Positions 27,891-37,687 of a stretch of 64,000 bases of DNA are shown here, piece by piece (within the stretch, counting starts at the first letter, position 1; each line of letters begins with the position of its first letter). The notes below the pieces were generated by a model that made no database searches, was not told where the DNA came from, and saw only the letters and a program-made list of their open reading frames with translations. The DNA comes from an uncultured Pseudomonadota bacterium. Its GTDB lineage: Bacteria > Vulcanimicrobiota > Vulcanimicrobiia > Eremiobacterales > Eremiobacteraceae. The stretch covers positions 224,001-288,000 of the forward strand of contig CAVTNB010000001.1 of the NCBI GenBank assembly GCA_963736005.1, written 5' to 3'. Both the position numbers and the translations under genes were made by a program.

Positions 27891-28904
27891 ATGAGTGCCA
27901 CCGCGCTCGGAGTACACTTCGAGCGCGAGATTAGAGAACAGCCTGAAGTTTGGATGCGCCTCGCCCGATCGCAGACGGCGTATGAGCTGGCAAGAGCGCT
28001 CGGAGGCGAGGTCATCCTCGTCGGTAGCGGCAGCTCGCTCTTTGCGGCACAGCTCGGTGCGCTTGCGTTACGAAGGCGAGGCATCGCGGCGCATGCCTTA
28101 GCGGCCACTGAAGCGCGTCTCGATCATCGTGCCTACCAAGGTAAAATCATCGTTGCTATTTCCCAAAGTGGTCGATCGTCAGACGTCCTGGGCGCACTTG
28201 AGATTCTTGCGCCTTGCCGCGTCATCGCGCTGACGAATACAGCCGACTCGCCTCTGGCCGCACGAGCCGATGTAGCCTTGGATGTTGGCGCGGGCATCGA
28301 GCTTGCGGTACCTGCGAGCAAGAGCGTCACCGCCACCGTTGCCATACTTCTTTGGGCCGCGTCTCTTGTTGGTGCGGACCCAGGGCGCGGCAGTGACGTT
28401 CTCACAGCAGCTGCGCAAGAGGCGCAACGCTGGCTGGGAGGCGATGGTCCGCTGCACGTTGCAACCGCAGCTGCGCAGATAGCAGGTCGCCCGCACGTCG
28501 CGGTGCTCGGCTCGGACTATGGCCTGCCCGTGGCGCGCGAAATTGCGCTGAAACTGAAGGAGGCGAGCTATCTGCACGCCGAGGGCTTCGCCGCAGGCGA
28601 ATTTCGCCACGGTAGCGTGTCGATGGTCGACGATTCCTTTAGCGTTATCGGAATCATCGACGAGGACGCGCTCGCTGTTGTGCAACGACCGCTGCGCGAG
28701 GTGCAGCAATCCGGCGCCCTTCGCTTCGTTATCGGCTCGCAGGGGGTAGACGGTGCTCCCGGCCTCGGACCGATCATCAGCGAGGCGTACAACACCCTTG
28801 CGTGGCTCATGACGGGTCAACTGCTTGCCCTTGAGGCCGCCCGCGCTCGCGGTATCGATAGCGATTCACCGCGCGGCTTGACGAAGGCGCTGGTTACTGA
28901 GTGA
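27891..28904 (+). CDS. Double-SIS sugar-phosphate isomerase/deaminase (GlmS C-terminal-like, no glutaminase domain)
   Basis: EIREQP, SQSG.S, ALKLKE, GEFRHG, PRGLTK. Confidence 0.85.
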   Translation: MSATALGVHFEREIREQPEVWMRLARSQTAYELARALGGEVILVGSGSSLFAAQLGALALRRRGIAAHALAATEARLDHRAYQGKIIVAISQSGRSSDVLGALEILAPCRVIALTNTADSPLAARADVALDVGAGIELAVPASKSVTATVAILLWAASLVGADPGRGSDVLTAAAQEAQRWLGGDGPLHVATAAAQIAGRPHVAVLGSDYGLPVAREIALKLKEASYLHAEGFAAGEFRHGSVSMVDDSFSVIGIIDEDALAVVQRPLREVQQSGALRFVIGSQGVDGAPGLGPIISEAYNTLAWLMTGQLLALEAARARGIDSDSPRGLTKALVTE

Positions 28905-30322
28905 ACGTCGAGACGCAAGCACTCGAACGCGAGATCGTTGCGCGCGACGCTCGGTTAGTCCGCGGTGTCGGCTTGGGCGGCGGGGTGGCGATCAACGTCA
29001 TCTCCATGATCGGCATCGGGCCGCTCATCACCATCCCGCTTGTGCTCGGCGCGTTGCACGGACCGCTGTCCTTGAGCGGCTGGTTATTGGGAGCGCTCCT
29101 TGCCATGTGCGACGGCCTCGTGTGGGCGGAACTCGGCTCCATGCTGCCGGGTTCGGGTGGAACGTATGGTTATTTGCGTGAGATCTTCGGCAAGGTCCGT
29201 GCCGGCAGGCTGCTCGCCTTTGTCTTCGTCTGGCAAACGATCTTTGTCGCGCCCCTCAATCAGGCCACGGGTTACATTGGCTTTGCCAATTACGCCGGCT
29301 ATCTCTTTCCAAGGCTCACGGTCTCACCGTGGGGACTCAAAGGTCTTGCAATCGCCATCGGAATCGTCACCATCTTCGCCCTGTATCGCGGCATCAAAGA
29401 AGTCTCTCGCATCGGGCTTGCCCTCGCCGTCGCCTCGGTAGTCACGCTGCTGTGCGTGATCGTCGCTTCGTACGCGCGATTTTCGCCTGCGCAGGCCTTG
29501 ACGCTTCCGCCGCACGATTCGATTTGGCTTGGCTTGCGGGCAGGGCTCGGTCAGGCGCTTATCATTGCGATGTATGACTATGCGGGCTACGGTCAATCAA
29601 GCTGCATCGGCGGCGAAATGATCAATCCGTCGCGCACGATCCCGCGCTCGATCATCATTTCAATCGCGCTCGTTGCGGTCTTGTACGTTTCCATGCAGCT
29701 TGGGATCCTTGGCGCGATTCCGTGGCAGAAGGTCGTGCCCCTCGCTGATGGGTCGCTGCCACCGTTAGGCCAACATCTTGCCTCAGCAGTCGTGGAGCAC
29801 GTGTTTGGAGCCGGGGCCGCCATTTTCGTTACCGTCCTCATTCTCGTGACCGCCTTCGCCTCGGTGTACGGCAACCTGCTTGGCTACTCGCGAGTCCCCT
29901 TTGCCGCCGCAGCGGACGGAGTATTCCTGAGGCCATTCGCGCACGTCGACGACAAGCAACGGTTCCCCGATGTCGCGCTGTTGGTCATGGGCGTCTTTGC
30001 GCTCGTGGCCTGTCTCTTTTCGCTCGACCAGATCATCAACGCACTCACCGCCGCCGGTGTGCTCATCCAATCGATCGCCCAGATCGCAGCGCTGGTCGTC
30101 ATCCGGGCGCGGGGAGCGATTCCCCCGTATCGGATGTGGTGGTACCCTGTGCCTGCGCTGGTTGCGTTGGCGGGATGGGTATTCATCTTTGCAAGCGCAG
30201 GCCTCGCGGCCATCATTTTTGGCATCGGGAGCCTGCTCGCGGGCGTCTTGGTTTTCATGATCCGCGCAGCTCGGCGCCGCGAGTGGCCATTTGGGGACCT
30301 CGTGTCTGGACCTGGTGCCTGA
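28901..30322 (+). CDS. APC-family permease
   Basis: About 12 TMs, MIGIGP, AELGS..P.SGG.Y, GE..NP.RTIP. Confidence 0.88.
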   Translation: MNVETQALEREIVARDARLVRGVGLGGGVAINVISMIGIGPLITIPLVLGALHGPLSLSGWLLGALLAMCDGLVWAELGSMLPGSGGTYGYLREIFGKVRAGRLLAFVFVWQTIFVAPLNQATGYIGFANYAGYLFPRLTVSPWGLKGLAIAIGIVTIFALYRGIKEVSRIGLALAVASVVTLLCVIVASYARFSPAQALTLPPHDSIWLGLRAGLGQALIIAMYDYAGYGQSSCIGGEMINPSRTIPRSIIISIALVAVLYVSMQLGILGAIPWQKVVPLADGSLPPLGQHLASAVVEHVFGAGAAIFVTVLILVTAFASVYGNLLGYSRVPFAAAADGVFLRPFAHVDDKQRFPDVALLVMGVFALVACLFSLDQIINALTAAGVLIQSIAQIAALVVIRARGAIPPYRMWWYPVPALVALAGWVFIFASAGLAAIIFGIGSLLAGVLVFMIRAARRREWPFGDLVSGPGA

Positions 30323-30422
30323 AAGGTAAATCACCTTTCTGCGTTCGAACTGACGCGGCTCAAAGCAATTTTTCGTGATTGCTTTGCTCGTGGCGTTGGT
30401 TAGGGCGTGATAGGAGGTCGTG

Positions 30423-33400
30423 ATGGCTAAGGCGAGGGCCATTTCTGGCTTGCTAGTCCGGTTCGTTGCAAGCGCGTTTCTTTTTGCCTCGGTTTTGGGT
30501 GACGATCGGCTTCCGGCTGATGCGGCAGGTGGCGTCACCGGGAATCTACGCGGCGATGTCGTGGATTCGCAAACCAATAGCCCAGTTGTTGATGCCAAAG
30601 TTGCGGCTATCTCACCGTCCGGGTCTTTCCACACCAGCACCGACGCGCATGGATTCTTTGCTCTGTTGCAGTTGCCAACCGATACGTACACCGTCACGGT
30701 TTCAAAAGATGGCTACGTTGGTCAAGCGCTCACCGGCATCACCGTCTTGGGGGACGAGTCGCAGAGCATCGGCACCCTTCGGCTCGTGCCATCACCGAAA
30801 TCGCTCGGCTCGGTGCGCGTCACGGGGCACTCGGCGGCATCTGCCTTTCAACCTACCCAGACGACCGACGAAACAACGTTCGTTGGCGGTCGCGTGGACC
30901 AGGCGCTCGGTGAGAAGGGATCGACTGACTACAATAAACTCGTGCAGTCAGTCCCCGGGGTCATCACAACCGTGAACGGGAGTCTCAATCCCATCTCGAT
31001 CCGAGGATCGGCGAGCGTTGAGATAGGCTACCAGTTTGACGGCATCGACTTTAGCGGGAACTTCTTTGACGAAAACGGCGATGACTCGTACCTAAATGGT
31101 ATCGGCGGCGGTCATGGCTCGCTGCAAGTCGTCAGCGGAGCGGGCGATGCCACCCAAGGCGGCATCGGTGCCGGTGTGGTCAACATCGTTCCAGGCCGGG
31201 GCTCCTACCCCGGCGACGGGTTCGTGAGCTTCGACACCGGCTCGCCATACTACGACCACTCGATGGCGTTCGAATATGGCACAGCGACCAAAGACAACCG
31301 TTTTTCAGATTTTTTCTCCTCGCGATCGTCGCGCTCGGCTCCACAAATTGCGCCGTATGGGCGCGATGCTTCCGATGCTGGTCAGTACTTGGGGACCTCG
31401 TTCACCTACGATGATGACGTCCTGAATAATTTCTTCTATCACTTTGGGAAGAATCAAAATCAAGAAATTCAAGTGTTGGCGCGCTGGATGGACCATCGTT
31501 CGTGGGCCGAGCTTGGCGGTCTCGGGAATGTGAATTTCTATCCCTACGATCCGTTCTCGTACACGCAGTTCCAGACCGATCCGAACGGTGCCGCCATGTG
31601 GCCGGAGTGCCCGGCGTCGGGTGCGTGTGGTTATCCGAACAACGGCATCGACCCAGGTCTTGCGTGGTACCAATCGATCATTCCTTATTATGCGCTGGTG
31701 CCGACAACAAAAACCGCCCCGACGCAGCCCGAACAGTACATCTACGGTCCAGAAAACGTGCTCAAGTTAGGCTACACGTGGAACATGAACTCAAGCACCG
31801 CCCTGAACGCATTCTTCTACAATTGGGGCGGGCTCTTCCCAAGCAACATCACGGGTGACTCGCAGTTCCTCACCACCGGGTCGTTTTTTCCAGGTTATAA
31901 CAATGTCGGCGGGCGTCGGGTTGGATTCCAGACGCAGCTCACGAAGCAAGTGGGTGAGAAGCACACCTTCTCCGTCGTCGGCAAATTCGAAAATGGATTT
32001 CCTTACTGGCAGCAGATGAACTACGGCAACACGTGGGTTGGTCTGTACTCCGGCCGGCTTCAGGATGAGTCGAACATTTCCACCTCAGGCTTCCCGGCTG
32101 GCGCGCTGCCGAACCAGCCCCGGATCGAGGATTGGTTCCTGCCGGCCAACACGAACGCGCCGGTTGGCGCCGGCAACCCATGCATTGGGCCCGCCATGGA
32201 CAACTCGTTCACGCAGGGCGCGGCGACAAATATGGGCTGCTATTTGTACTCCTGGATGTTTGCTCATCACCTGTGGCACGGCCACCTTCCCGCGATTCCC
32301 AGCACAGGTTTCACGTATGGCACTACGGATTTCCAGCAATATGGGATTGGCTTTCGCGACCAGTGGACGCCCAATGCAAAACTGTTAGTTGATTGGGGCG
32401 TTCGTCTCGATGGTCAGAACCTTCGCTGGGGTCCAAATCAGTTTTCAAAGGATCTGAGCAATCCATCTGATGTGGGCATCGGTTATGCTGCGCTTGGGAA
32501 TGACTACCTCTACCCGCGAATCGTCGAACCGCGCATCGCCACCAACTACATCTTGGACTCGAATAATAGCGTACGGGCAAGCTACGGTCGATCGATAAGT
32601 TTTTTCTTCGCGCAGACCGCTGGAACGCCGACCGGGGCGGCCAACATCGACCCGCTGTTGTATCAGATCCCCGCAAAGGATTCTCCGGGCTATAGCCCTC
32701 TTGGGCCGGCATGCGGCAGCGGCTGGCATGGGCCGGGAAGCAATGCCAACGGCAAGTATTATTCGAATCCATGGGTGACGTTTTCCGGCGGGGGAACGCT
32801 TGGAATTCCCGGCTATTACTTTTTCTGTCCCAACTATGCCGAATCGGTGTACTGGCTCTTCGACCAAGCCTTCGCAGCGCCGGATATTGGTGGCAGCGCT
32901 CCAGCGACGTACAGCAACTTTGATATCGCATGGAGCCATCAATTTCACAACGGTTGGGGTTCAAAACTCACGGGCTACTGGCGCCGCGGATACGGCACCT
33001 ACCAGGTGACCCTGCTCAATGCTGGACCTCCCGATCCTGTGACGGGTCAGCAAAACGCGGGATCCTTTGCCGTTCGCGAGACTGGGGTCCAAAAGGCTTT
33101 CGGGCTTGAGGGTTTTGTGACGACGCCAACGCCGCCCATTGGATGGAGCGGTTTTTTGTCCATGGACTACGTCAACGAGTTGACCAACACGCCGCCCGTG
33201 GCGGGTTCCGATAGTTTGCCCGTCGTCTCGCAATATCTCTACCAGACCGGAACCTTATTCCATCAATACTATCTGCCGCCGTTTTCCGCGGTTGCTGGCT
33301 TCGAGTACAAGCGCAAGGGTTGGCAGTTCAATCCGATCTTTTCCTTCGATTCCGGCGTGCCGTTCGGTGTTGGAAAAACTGCGATCGGCTTTGTGAACGG

Positions 33401-33908
33401 CGTCCTCATGCAAATCCCAACCGGAAACCTTGGGGTCGCAACCCCATATGCGGGACCCGGCTTGCCAAACCAATCGTACAACGCGACCTGCTATGTTGAT
33501 CCGGCGTTCCCGGGCAACTACTTCAATCCCAAAGATTATGCGTGTCGGGGATATAACGAGCCCGCGCTCGCAGGGCAAGCGTTCACGAAAGCGCGGCTCT
33601 TCACCGATCTCAACGTCCAATTCACGCACGGCCCCGCGACGCTCGGCTTTTTGATCAGCAACGTCTTCAACAATTATCGTGACGAGCCGACGATCAACAA
33701 CGACTGGCAGCCGCTATCCACCGGCTACGGCGGCTTGCAAACCGGAGAATACGCAAGTGGGTATCCGCAGAACCCCGACGGCACGACGAACGCTTTCTAC
33801 TACCAAGGCGCGAGAGACGAGAGTCAGCACGATGAGTTCTGGCTTCCCTATCAGGAGCTCTACAACCCCGGTAGGACGTGGCGATTCTACATGCAGTACT
33901 CGCTCTAA
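30423..33908 (+). CDS. TonB-dependent receptor-like protein with carboxypeptidase-regulatory-like N-domain
   Basis: AGGAGG RBS; G...G.V.D...P pre-domain; plug (PGV...SIRG); PR...Y, NVFN and PGR...Y.L barrel end. Confidence 0.8.
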   Translation: MAKARAISGLLVRFVASAFLFASVLGDDRLPADAAGGVTGNLRGDVVDSQTNSPVVDAKVAAISPSGSFHTSTDAHGFFALLQLPTDTYTVTVSKDGYVGQALTGITVLGDESQSIGTLRLVPSPKSLGSVRVTGHSAASAFQPTQTTDETTFVGGRVDQALGEKGSTDYNKLVQSVPGVITTVNGSLNPISIRGSASVEIGYQFDGIDFSGNFFDENGDDSYLNGIGGGHGSLQVVSGAGDATQGGIGAGVVNIVPGRGSYPGDGFVSFDTGSPYYDHSMAFEYGTATKDNRFSDFFSSRSSRSAPQIAPYGRDASDAGQYLGTSFTYDDDVLNNFFYHFGKNQNQEIQVLARWMDHRSWAELGGLGNVNFYPYDPFSYTQFQTDPNGAAMWPECPASGACGYPNNGIDPGLAWYQSIIPYYALVPTTKTAPTQPEQYIYGPENVLKLGYTWNMNSSTALNAFFYNWGGLFPSNITGDSQFLTTGSFFPGYNNVGGRRVGFQTQLTKQVGEKHTFSVVGKFENGFPYWQQMNYGNTWVGLYSGRLQDESNISTSGFPAGALPNQPRIEDWFLPANTNAPVGAGNPCIGPAMDNSFTQGAATNMGCYLYSWMFAHHLWHGHLPAIPSTGFTYGTTDFQQYGIGFRDQWTPNAKLLVDWGVRLDGQNLRWGPNQFSKDLSNPSDVGIGYAALGNDYLYPRIVEPRIATNYILDSNNSVRASYGRSISFFFAQTAGTPTGAANIDPLLYQIPAKDSPGYSPLGPACGSGWHGPGSNANGKYYSNPWVTFSGGGTLGIPGYYFFCPNYAESVYWLFDQAFAAPDIGGSAPATYSNFDIAWSHQFHNGWGSKLTGYWRRGYGTYQVTLLNAGPPDPVTGQQNAGSFAVRETGVQKAFGLEGFVTTPTPPIGWSGFLSMDYVNELTNTPPVAGSDSLPVVSQYLYQTGTLFHQYYLPPFSAVAGFEYKRKGWQFNPIFSFDSGVPFGVGKTAIGFVNGVLMQIPTGNLGVATPYAGPGLPNQSYNATCYVDPAFPGNYFNPKDYACRGYNEPALAGQAFTKARLFTDLNVQFTHGPATLGFLISNVFNNYRDEPTINNDWQPLSTGYGGLQTGEYASGYPQNPDGTTNAFYYQGARDESQHDEFWLPYQELYNPGRTWRFYMQYSL

Positions 33909-33920
33909 GGCGTGAAACGA

Positions 33921-35483
33921 ATGAGACAACCTTTGAGGACGATCGCTCTCGCTGTGTTTGGTTTGTTGCTCGTTGGTTGCAGTGTCGGCGCCACCGGCGG
34001 CCCAACGCTGAACATGAGTTGCAACCCGGCGAGTCCCAGTTGCAGCAGGCTCCAGTTTGCTGTGGGCACGGCGAACATCTACGGGAGCTCGACTGGCCTC
34101 AATGTCGTTTCGACCATGCGCCAACCAAATGGTGAATCGGCTTTGGGCGTCGACACGCCGACGATCAGCGGACCGTTCACCAATTCGAATGCCGCGGTTC
34201 CTGCGGATGGAACGAACCTCGCGGATCCCTACACCTCGATGTTCTATTTCGCGCCTGTTGGGGCAGGCCCGAGTCTGCCGGAGACAACTGCGACAGCACC
34301 AATCATCTCCGGCACTTCGCAGACCGTGCATCCGGGAGCGCCATTTTGCGATACGACGGGCGCCCCACCGGCAGGCTTTACCCAATGCCCCGGTGGTATC
34401 GCCCCGAATACGTCAACATTCGGTCAAAGCGGCGGCGTCTTTGCCATGGGGCTTGCGCCGTACAACGTGGTCGCGAATACCGCGCAGTCGTATAGTTATC
34501 AGCCCTACCCGCAACCGATGTACGACAACGGCAGCGTTCACCCGCAATTTGTGCCGTGGGGGGGACCGCCTGCCTTCGATCCGGATGCCAACGGGATGGG
34601 GACGCGAGACGGTCTGATCATTTTGGGAGCCGATTCGTTTACGTATGGATGGTGTTCGATCAAACCTGGATGCCCATACTTCCTCGGCGTTGGGGAAGGT
34701 GTCACCGTCTTCGAGGGTGTGTCACCGGGAACTGGTTCGTATTCGCTCGCGGTGCAAGTTGGCATCATTGGGAGCAATGGCTCGAAGCAGATCAGCACGC
34801 TGCGAGCGAACGCTGCGCTGAATTCGCTTGTGGTGCTCCCAACGCTGACGGCGCCGCTCGTCACGCCTGATGCCAGCGGCGACGGAGGCGCGACCTTCTC
34901 CGCAGTGCTCCCGGCTGGTGTCACTGAGGCGCTCGTCCAGATCGTCGATTACGGTCCAGGTGCTGGTCCAATCGAGTTTGCGGGCGGGGGGTCGCTCAAC
35001 GCGCCGAACTGCCAAGGTCCCAAGGGTGCGTCGTTCGCACCCGTCTACTATACGGTCGTGGTGCGCGCTTCGGGGGCGTTTACGCTCGCGCCCAATCATG
35101 GACCGAATAATCTTACTGGAGGAAACGGTAGCCTGACGCCAACGCCTTCCATCTGCACCGCCGCGCAGAACAATGCCACAGTCGGAACAAATGCAGGTGA
35201 CAACATCAGCGTGCAAATGATCGGCTTCGATTACCCCGCCTACGAGGCTGCTGTTTCCTTGACGCAAGCTTCCGTTCCGCAGGCTCCGCAGATTACTGGA
35301 GCAGGCGGACAGTCGGATAGCACGATTTCGCTGGGAGCTGAAGAAGACTATCCGGGCTATACGCAATCACCGCTTGCACATCTGCGTCGTCCCTTTGTGT
35401 TCGGCCGGCCGCTTCGAGGCATCATCGCACCGCGGCAGTCCCCGGACGTCTATCGCAAACTCGGCCTCCCCGCGCAAATGTAG
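33921..35483 (+). CDS. Lipoprotein, Gly/Pro/Cys-rich, partner of the TBDR
   Basis: Lipobox LLVG|C; 12 nt downstream of the TBDR. Confidence 0.7.
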   Translation: MRQPLRTIALAVFGLLLVGCSVGATGGPTLNMSCNPASPSCSRLQFAVGTANIYGSSTGLNVVSTMRQPNGESALGVDTPTISGPFTNSNAAVPADGTNLADPYTSMFYFAPVGAGPSLPETTATAPIISGTSQTVHPGAPFCDTTGAPPAGFTQCPGGIAPNTSTFGQSGGVFAMGLAPYNVVANTAQSYSYQPYPQPMYDNGSVHPQFVPWGGPPAFDPDANGMGTRDGLIILGADSFTYGWCSIKPGCPYFLGVGEGVTVFEGVSPGTGSYSLAVQVGIIGSNGSKQISTLRANAALNSLVVLPTLTAPLVTPDASGDGGATFSAVLPAGVTEALVQIVDYGPGAGPIEFAGGGSLNAPNCQGPKGASFAPVYYTVVVRASGAFTLAPNHGPNNLTGGNGSLTPTPSICTAAQNNATVGTNAGDNISVQMIGFDYPAYEAAVSLTQASVPQAPQITGAGGQSDSTISLGAEEDYPGYTQSPLAHLRRPFVFGRPLRGIIAPRQSPDVYRKLGLPAQM

Positions 35484-35506
35484 GGGGCGATTGGAAAATC
35501 GCCCCT
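35480..35506 (+). repeat. GTAG-REP family B overlapping a stop codon
   Basis: gtagggggcgattggaaaatcgcccct. Confidence 0.7.
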
Positions 35507-35514
35507 CGACGAGA

Positions 35515-37671
35515 TCAGTCTGTAGGGTGAGCTTCGAAAAGTCTTCCGCGAATAACGGTGATGGACATCGGGGAGATCAAAAAGGCTTGCCGATAGCGGA
35601 CATTAACGGTTGTCTCCTTGGGTCCAGTGTTTGGCCACGGGATCTCGGTTGCCGAGTTGCCGCTCCATGCGTACTGGTCGGCGCCGAAAGTGACGACTTG
35701 CGTGGATCCGCTGAATGTTCCAACTTCTGTCTCGCTTGGAAATTCGATGACCACTTGGTGTGACTCGGTATCCTTGTTAACAAGCATGATCGACCATTGG
35801 CCGTCTGGCCTTTTCGCCGCATAAGCGGTGACTGGCGGATTGTCCATATGCGGTGTGATGTTCACCTTGTAGAGTTCATGTTCTAAATCGCCTGGTTCCA
35901 ACCACTGCTGAGCAAGCATTTGGGCTCCGTAGAATTGCGCTGCATTGGCAAGGATCTTGAAATTCTGGTCCACGATGAACATGCCGTAGCCGCCCCATTT
36001 GTTGCACTCGCGACTATGGCCGAGCGGTTCGGCTTCGTATTGATAGTAGTTAATGCCCGAGACACCATACGAGAGGGCCGTGCCAATCCAGTCGGCCATC
36101 CACAAAGCGCCTGAGATTTGCTTTGGCACCGGGCCACCGTTATTTGCAAAGTTTGACTCAGTAATATACATGGGGACACTCGGCGGCAAGCCGTCGTTGT
36201 GCCAAGCATCAATGACTTGACGCACGAGCGATGGTTCGCGCAGCAGATCCATACGCAACGTTACGCCCTGATCGCACCCGCGAAACGGGTAGTGCTCGAA
36301 TGACATGAACGCGAGGTCGTGCATTCGTCCGTGCAATCGTAGATAGTTGAGGAAGCGCCGAAACCATGAGTCATCGCCTTGCGCGTCGCTCCAAACTTTG
36401 ATGTCGGAGTTCACGCCTTGAAAGACTGGCCCCCCGAGTTTGGCTGATGGATCGACGGCGTGAATGGCTTTTGCAAACTGAACGTAGAGCGCAGCGTAAT
36501 CCTCGGGCATCGCGTACTGACCATCCACCTCCTCACCCATCTCGATGTGGTCGAGCGGATACCCCCTGGCTTTGAGATAGCGAATTTCAGCGACTGCGTT
36601 CTCAGGCGTGCTATAGAGCATTGGGATTGGGTACATCATCGGTAGGCCGCGCGTGATAGCATTGCGGGAAACAATGTCAAGGCCCGGCTGATCCTGCCCC
36701 GTGCGGATTTGATCCGCCGCCGTATGCCAAGGATCGATCGACGACACAAAAATGACGGTCTGGTGATGCTTGCACTCACGCTCGCTCTCGGGGTTGCCGC
36801 CACAGATCGAATGCACGAGGATGTCATGCAAGACCCCGTGGGCATCGAGCTGTCCAAGATAGATTTCTTGGATGGCGTAGCCTACGCAGTTGCGCCGGTC
36901 TTGCGCGCCATGCGTGTCGCAGGTATTCGACGAGCTGGTCATCCAGATCCGAAGGAACCGAACTAAGATTGGCGATGGCGCAAGCCTCAGCTGGGCAATG
37001 CCGCCTCGTCCCTGAACGACCGTTCCACCCGGAAAGTCGTGCCAGGTTCCGCTGCCTTGGTCCAAAATCGCGTCGCCACCCGTCCAAAATTGAACCTTGT
37101 ATTGCGTGGCATACGGATCGACCCACTCGATGCGAATGGCGTCTATCGGTTTTGGATGAATCAAGTCGATCACTGCCCACTGTGGGTGCTGATCGTCAGG
37201 TTCGCCCGTGTAAGGGTGAGTGAGATAGGGATCGCTCTTCCAATAGGTGTTTGGATCTCCGTCATCGATGCGCGAATAATTGTTGTCGTCCCCTTGATCT
37301 TCGGTTGAGCCGCGATGTGGTAGCATGTAGCCGAAAGAGTCGACGATCTCCGGGCTCTTCGGGGACACGCTGCTCACCCAGTAACCTTGCTTGTGGGCCG
37401 GATCGGAAAACTGTCCGACCGGGTTCCAATGCCAATCTTGGATGGAGAGTTCGGTATACAACCGGTAGCTCACAACACCTAAACCGGCGCCCAGCATCAG
37501 GTTGGTCCGCGGCTTCGAATACAAAAATGGGACCTTGCCTGCGTCGTCGGAATCGATGCCGACGCCAACCGCATGCAACGGTCTTATGGTGTTGACGACG
37601 TGGTTTGTGTCCACGCTTATCGTGATGATCGCGCTTGCGGCTACTGTCGCAGCAAGAACAAGAAAATTCAT
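35515..37671 (-). CDS. Secreted clan GH-A-like glycoside hydrolase with inserted F5/8 (CBM32/discoidin) domain
   Basis: DGDPNTYWKS...QWAVIDL discoidin motif; EMGEEVDG, FMSFEHYP, MYITESN. Confidence 0.75.
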   Translation of the reverse strand: MNFLVLAATVAASAIITISVDTNHVVNTIRPLHAVGVGIDSDDAGKVPFLYSKPRTNLMLGAGLGVVSYRLYTELSIQDWHWNPVGQFSDPAHKQGYWVSSVSPKSPEIVDSFGYMLPHRGSTEDQGDDNNYSRIDDGDPNTYWKSDPYLTHPYTGEPDDQHPQWAVIDLIHPKPIDAIRIEWVDPYATQYKVQFWTGGDAILDQGSGTWHDFPGGTVVQGRGGIAQLRLAPSPILVRFLRIWMTSSSNTCDTHGAQDRRNCVGYAIQEIYLGQLDAHGVLHDILVHSICGGNPESERECKHHQTVIFVSSIDPWHTAADQIRTGQDQPGLDIVSRNAITRGLPMMYPIPMLYSTPENAVAEIRYLKARGYPLDHIEMGEEVDGQYAMPEDYAALYVQFAKAIHAVDPSAKLGGPVFQGVNSDIKVWSDAQGDDSWFRRFLNYLRLHGRMHDLAFMSFEHYPFRGCDQGVTLRMDLLREPSLVRQVIDAWHNDGLPPSVPMYITESNFANNGGPVPKQISGALWMADWIGTALSYGVSGINYYQYEAEPLGHSRECNKWGGYGMFIVDQNFKILANAAQFYGAQMLAQQWLEPGDLEHELYKVNITPHMDNPPVTAYAAKRPDGQWSIMLVNKDTESHQVVIEFPSETEVGTFSGSTQVVTFGADQYAWSGNSATEIPWPNTGPKETTVNVRYRQAFLISPMSITVIRGRLFEAHPTD

Positions 37672-37687
37672 ATCGCATCCCCGACGG

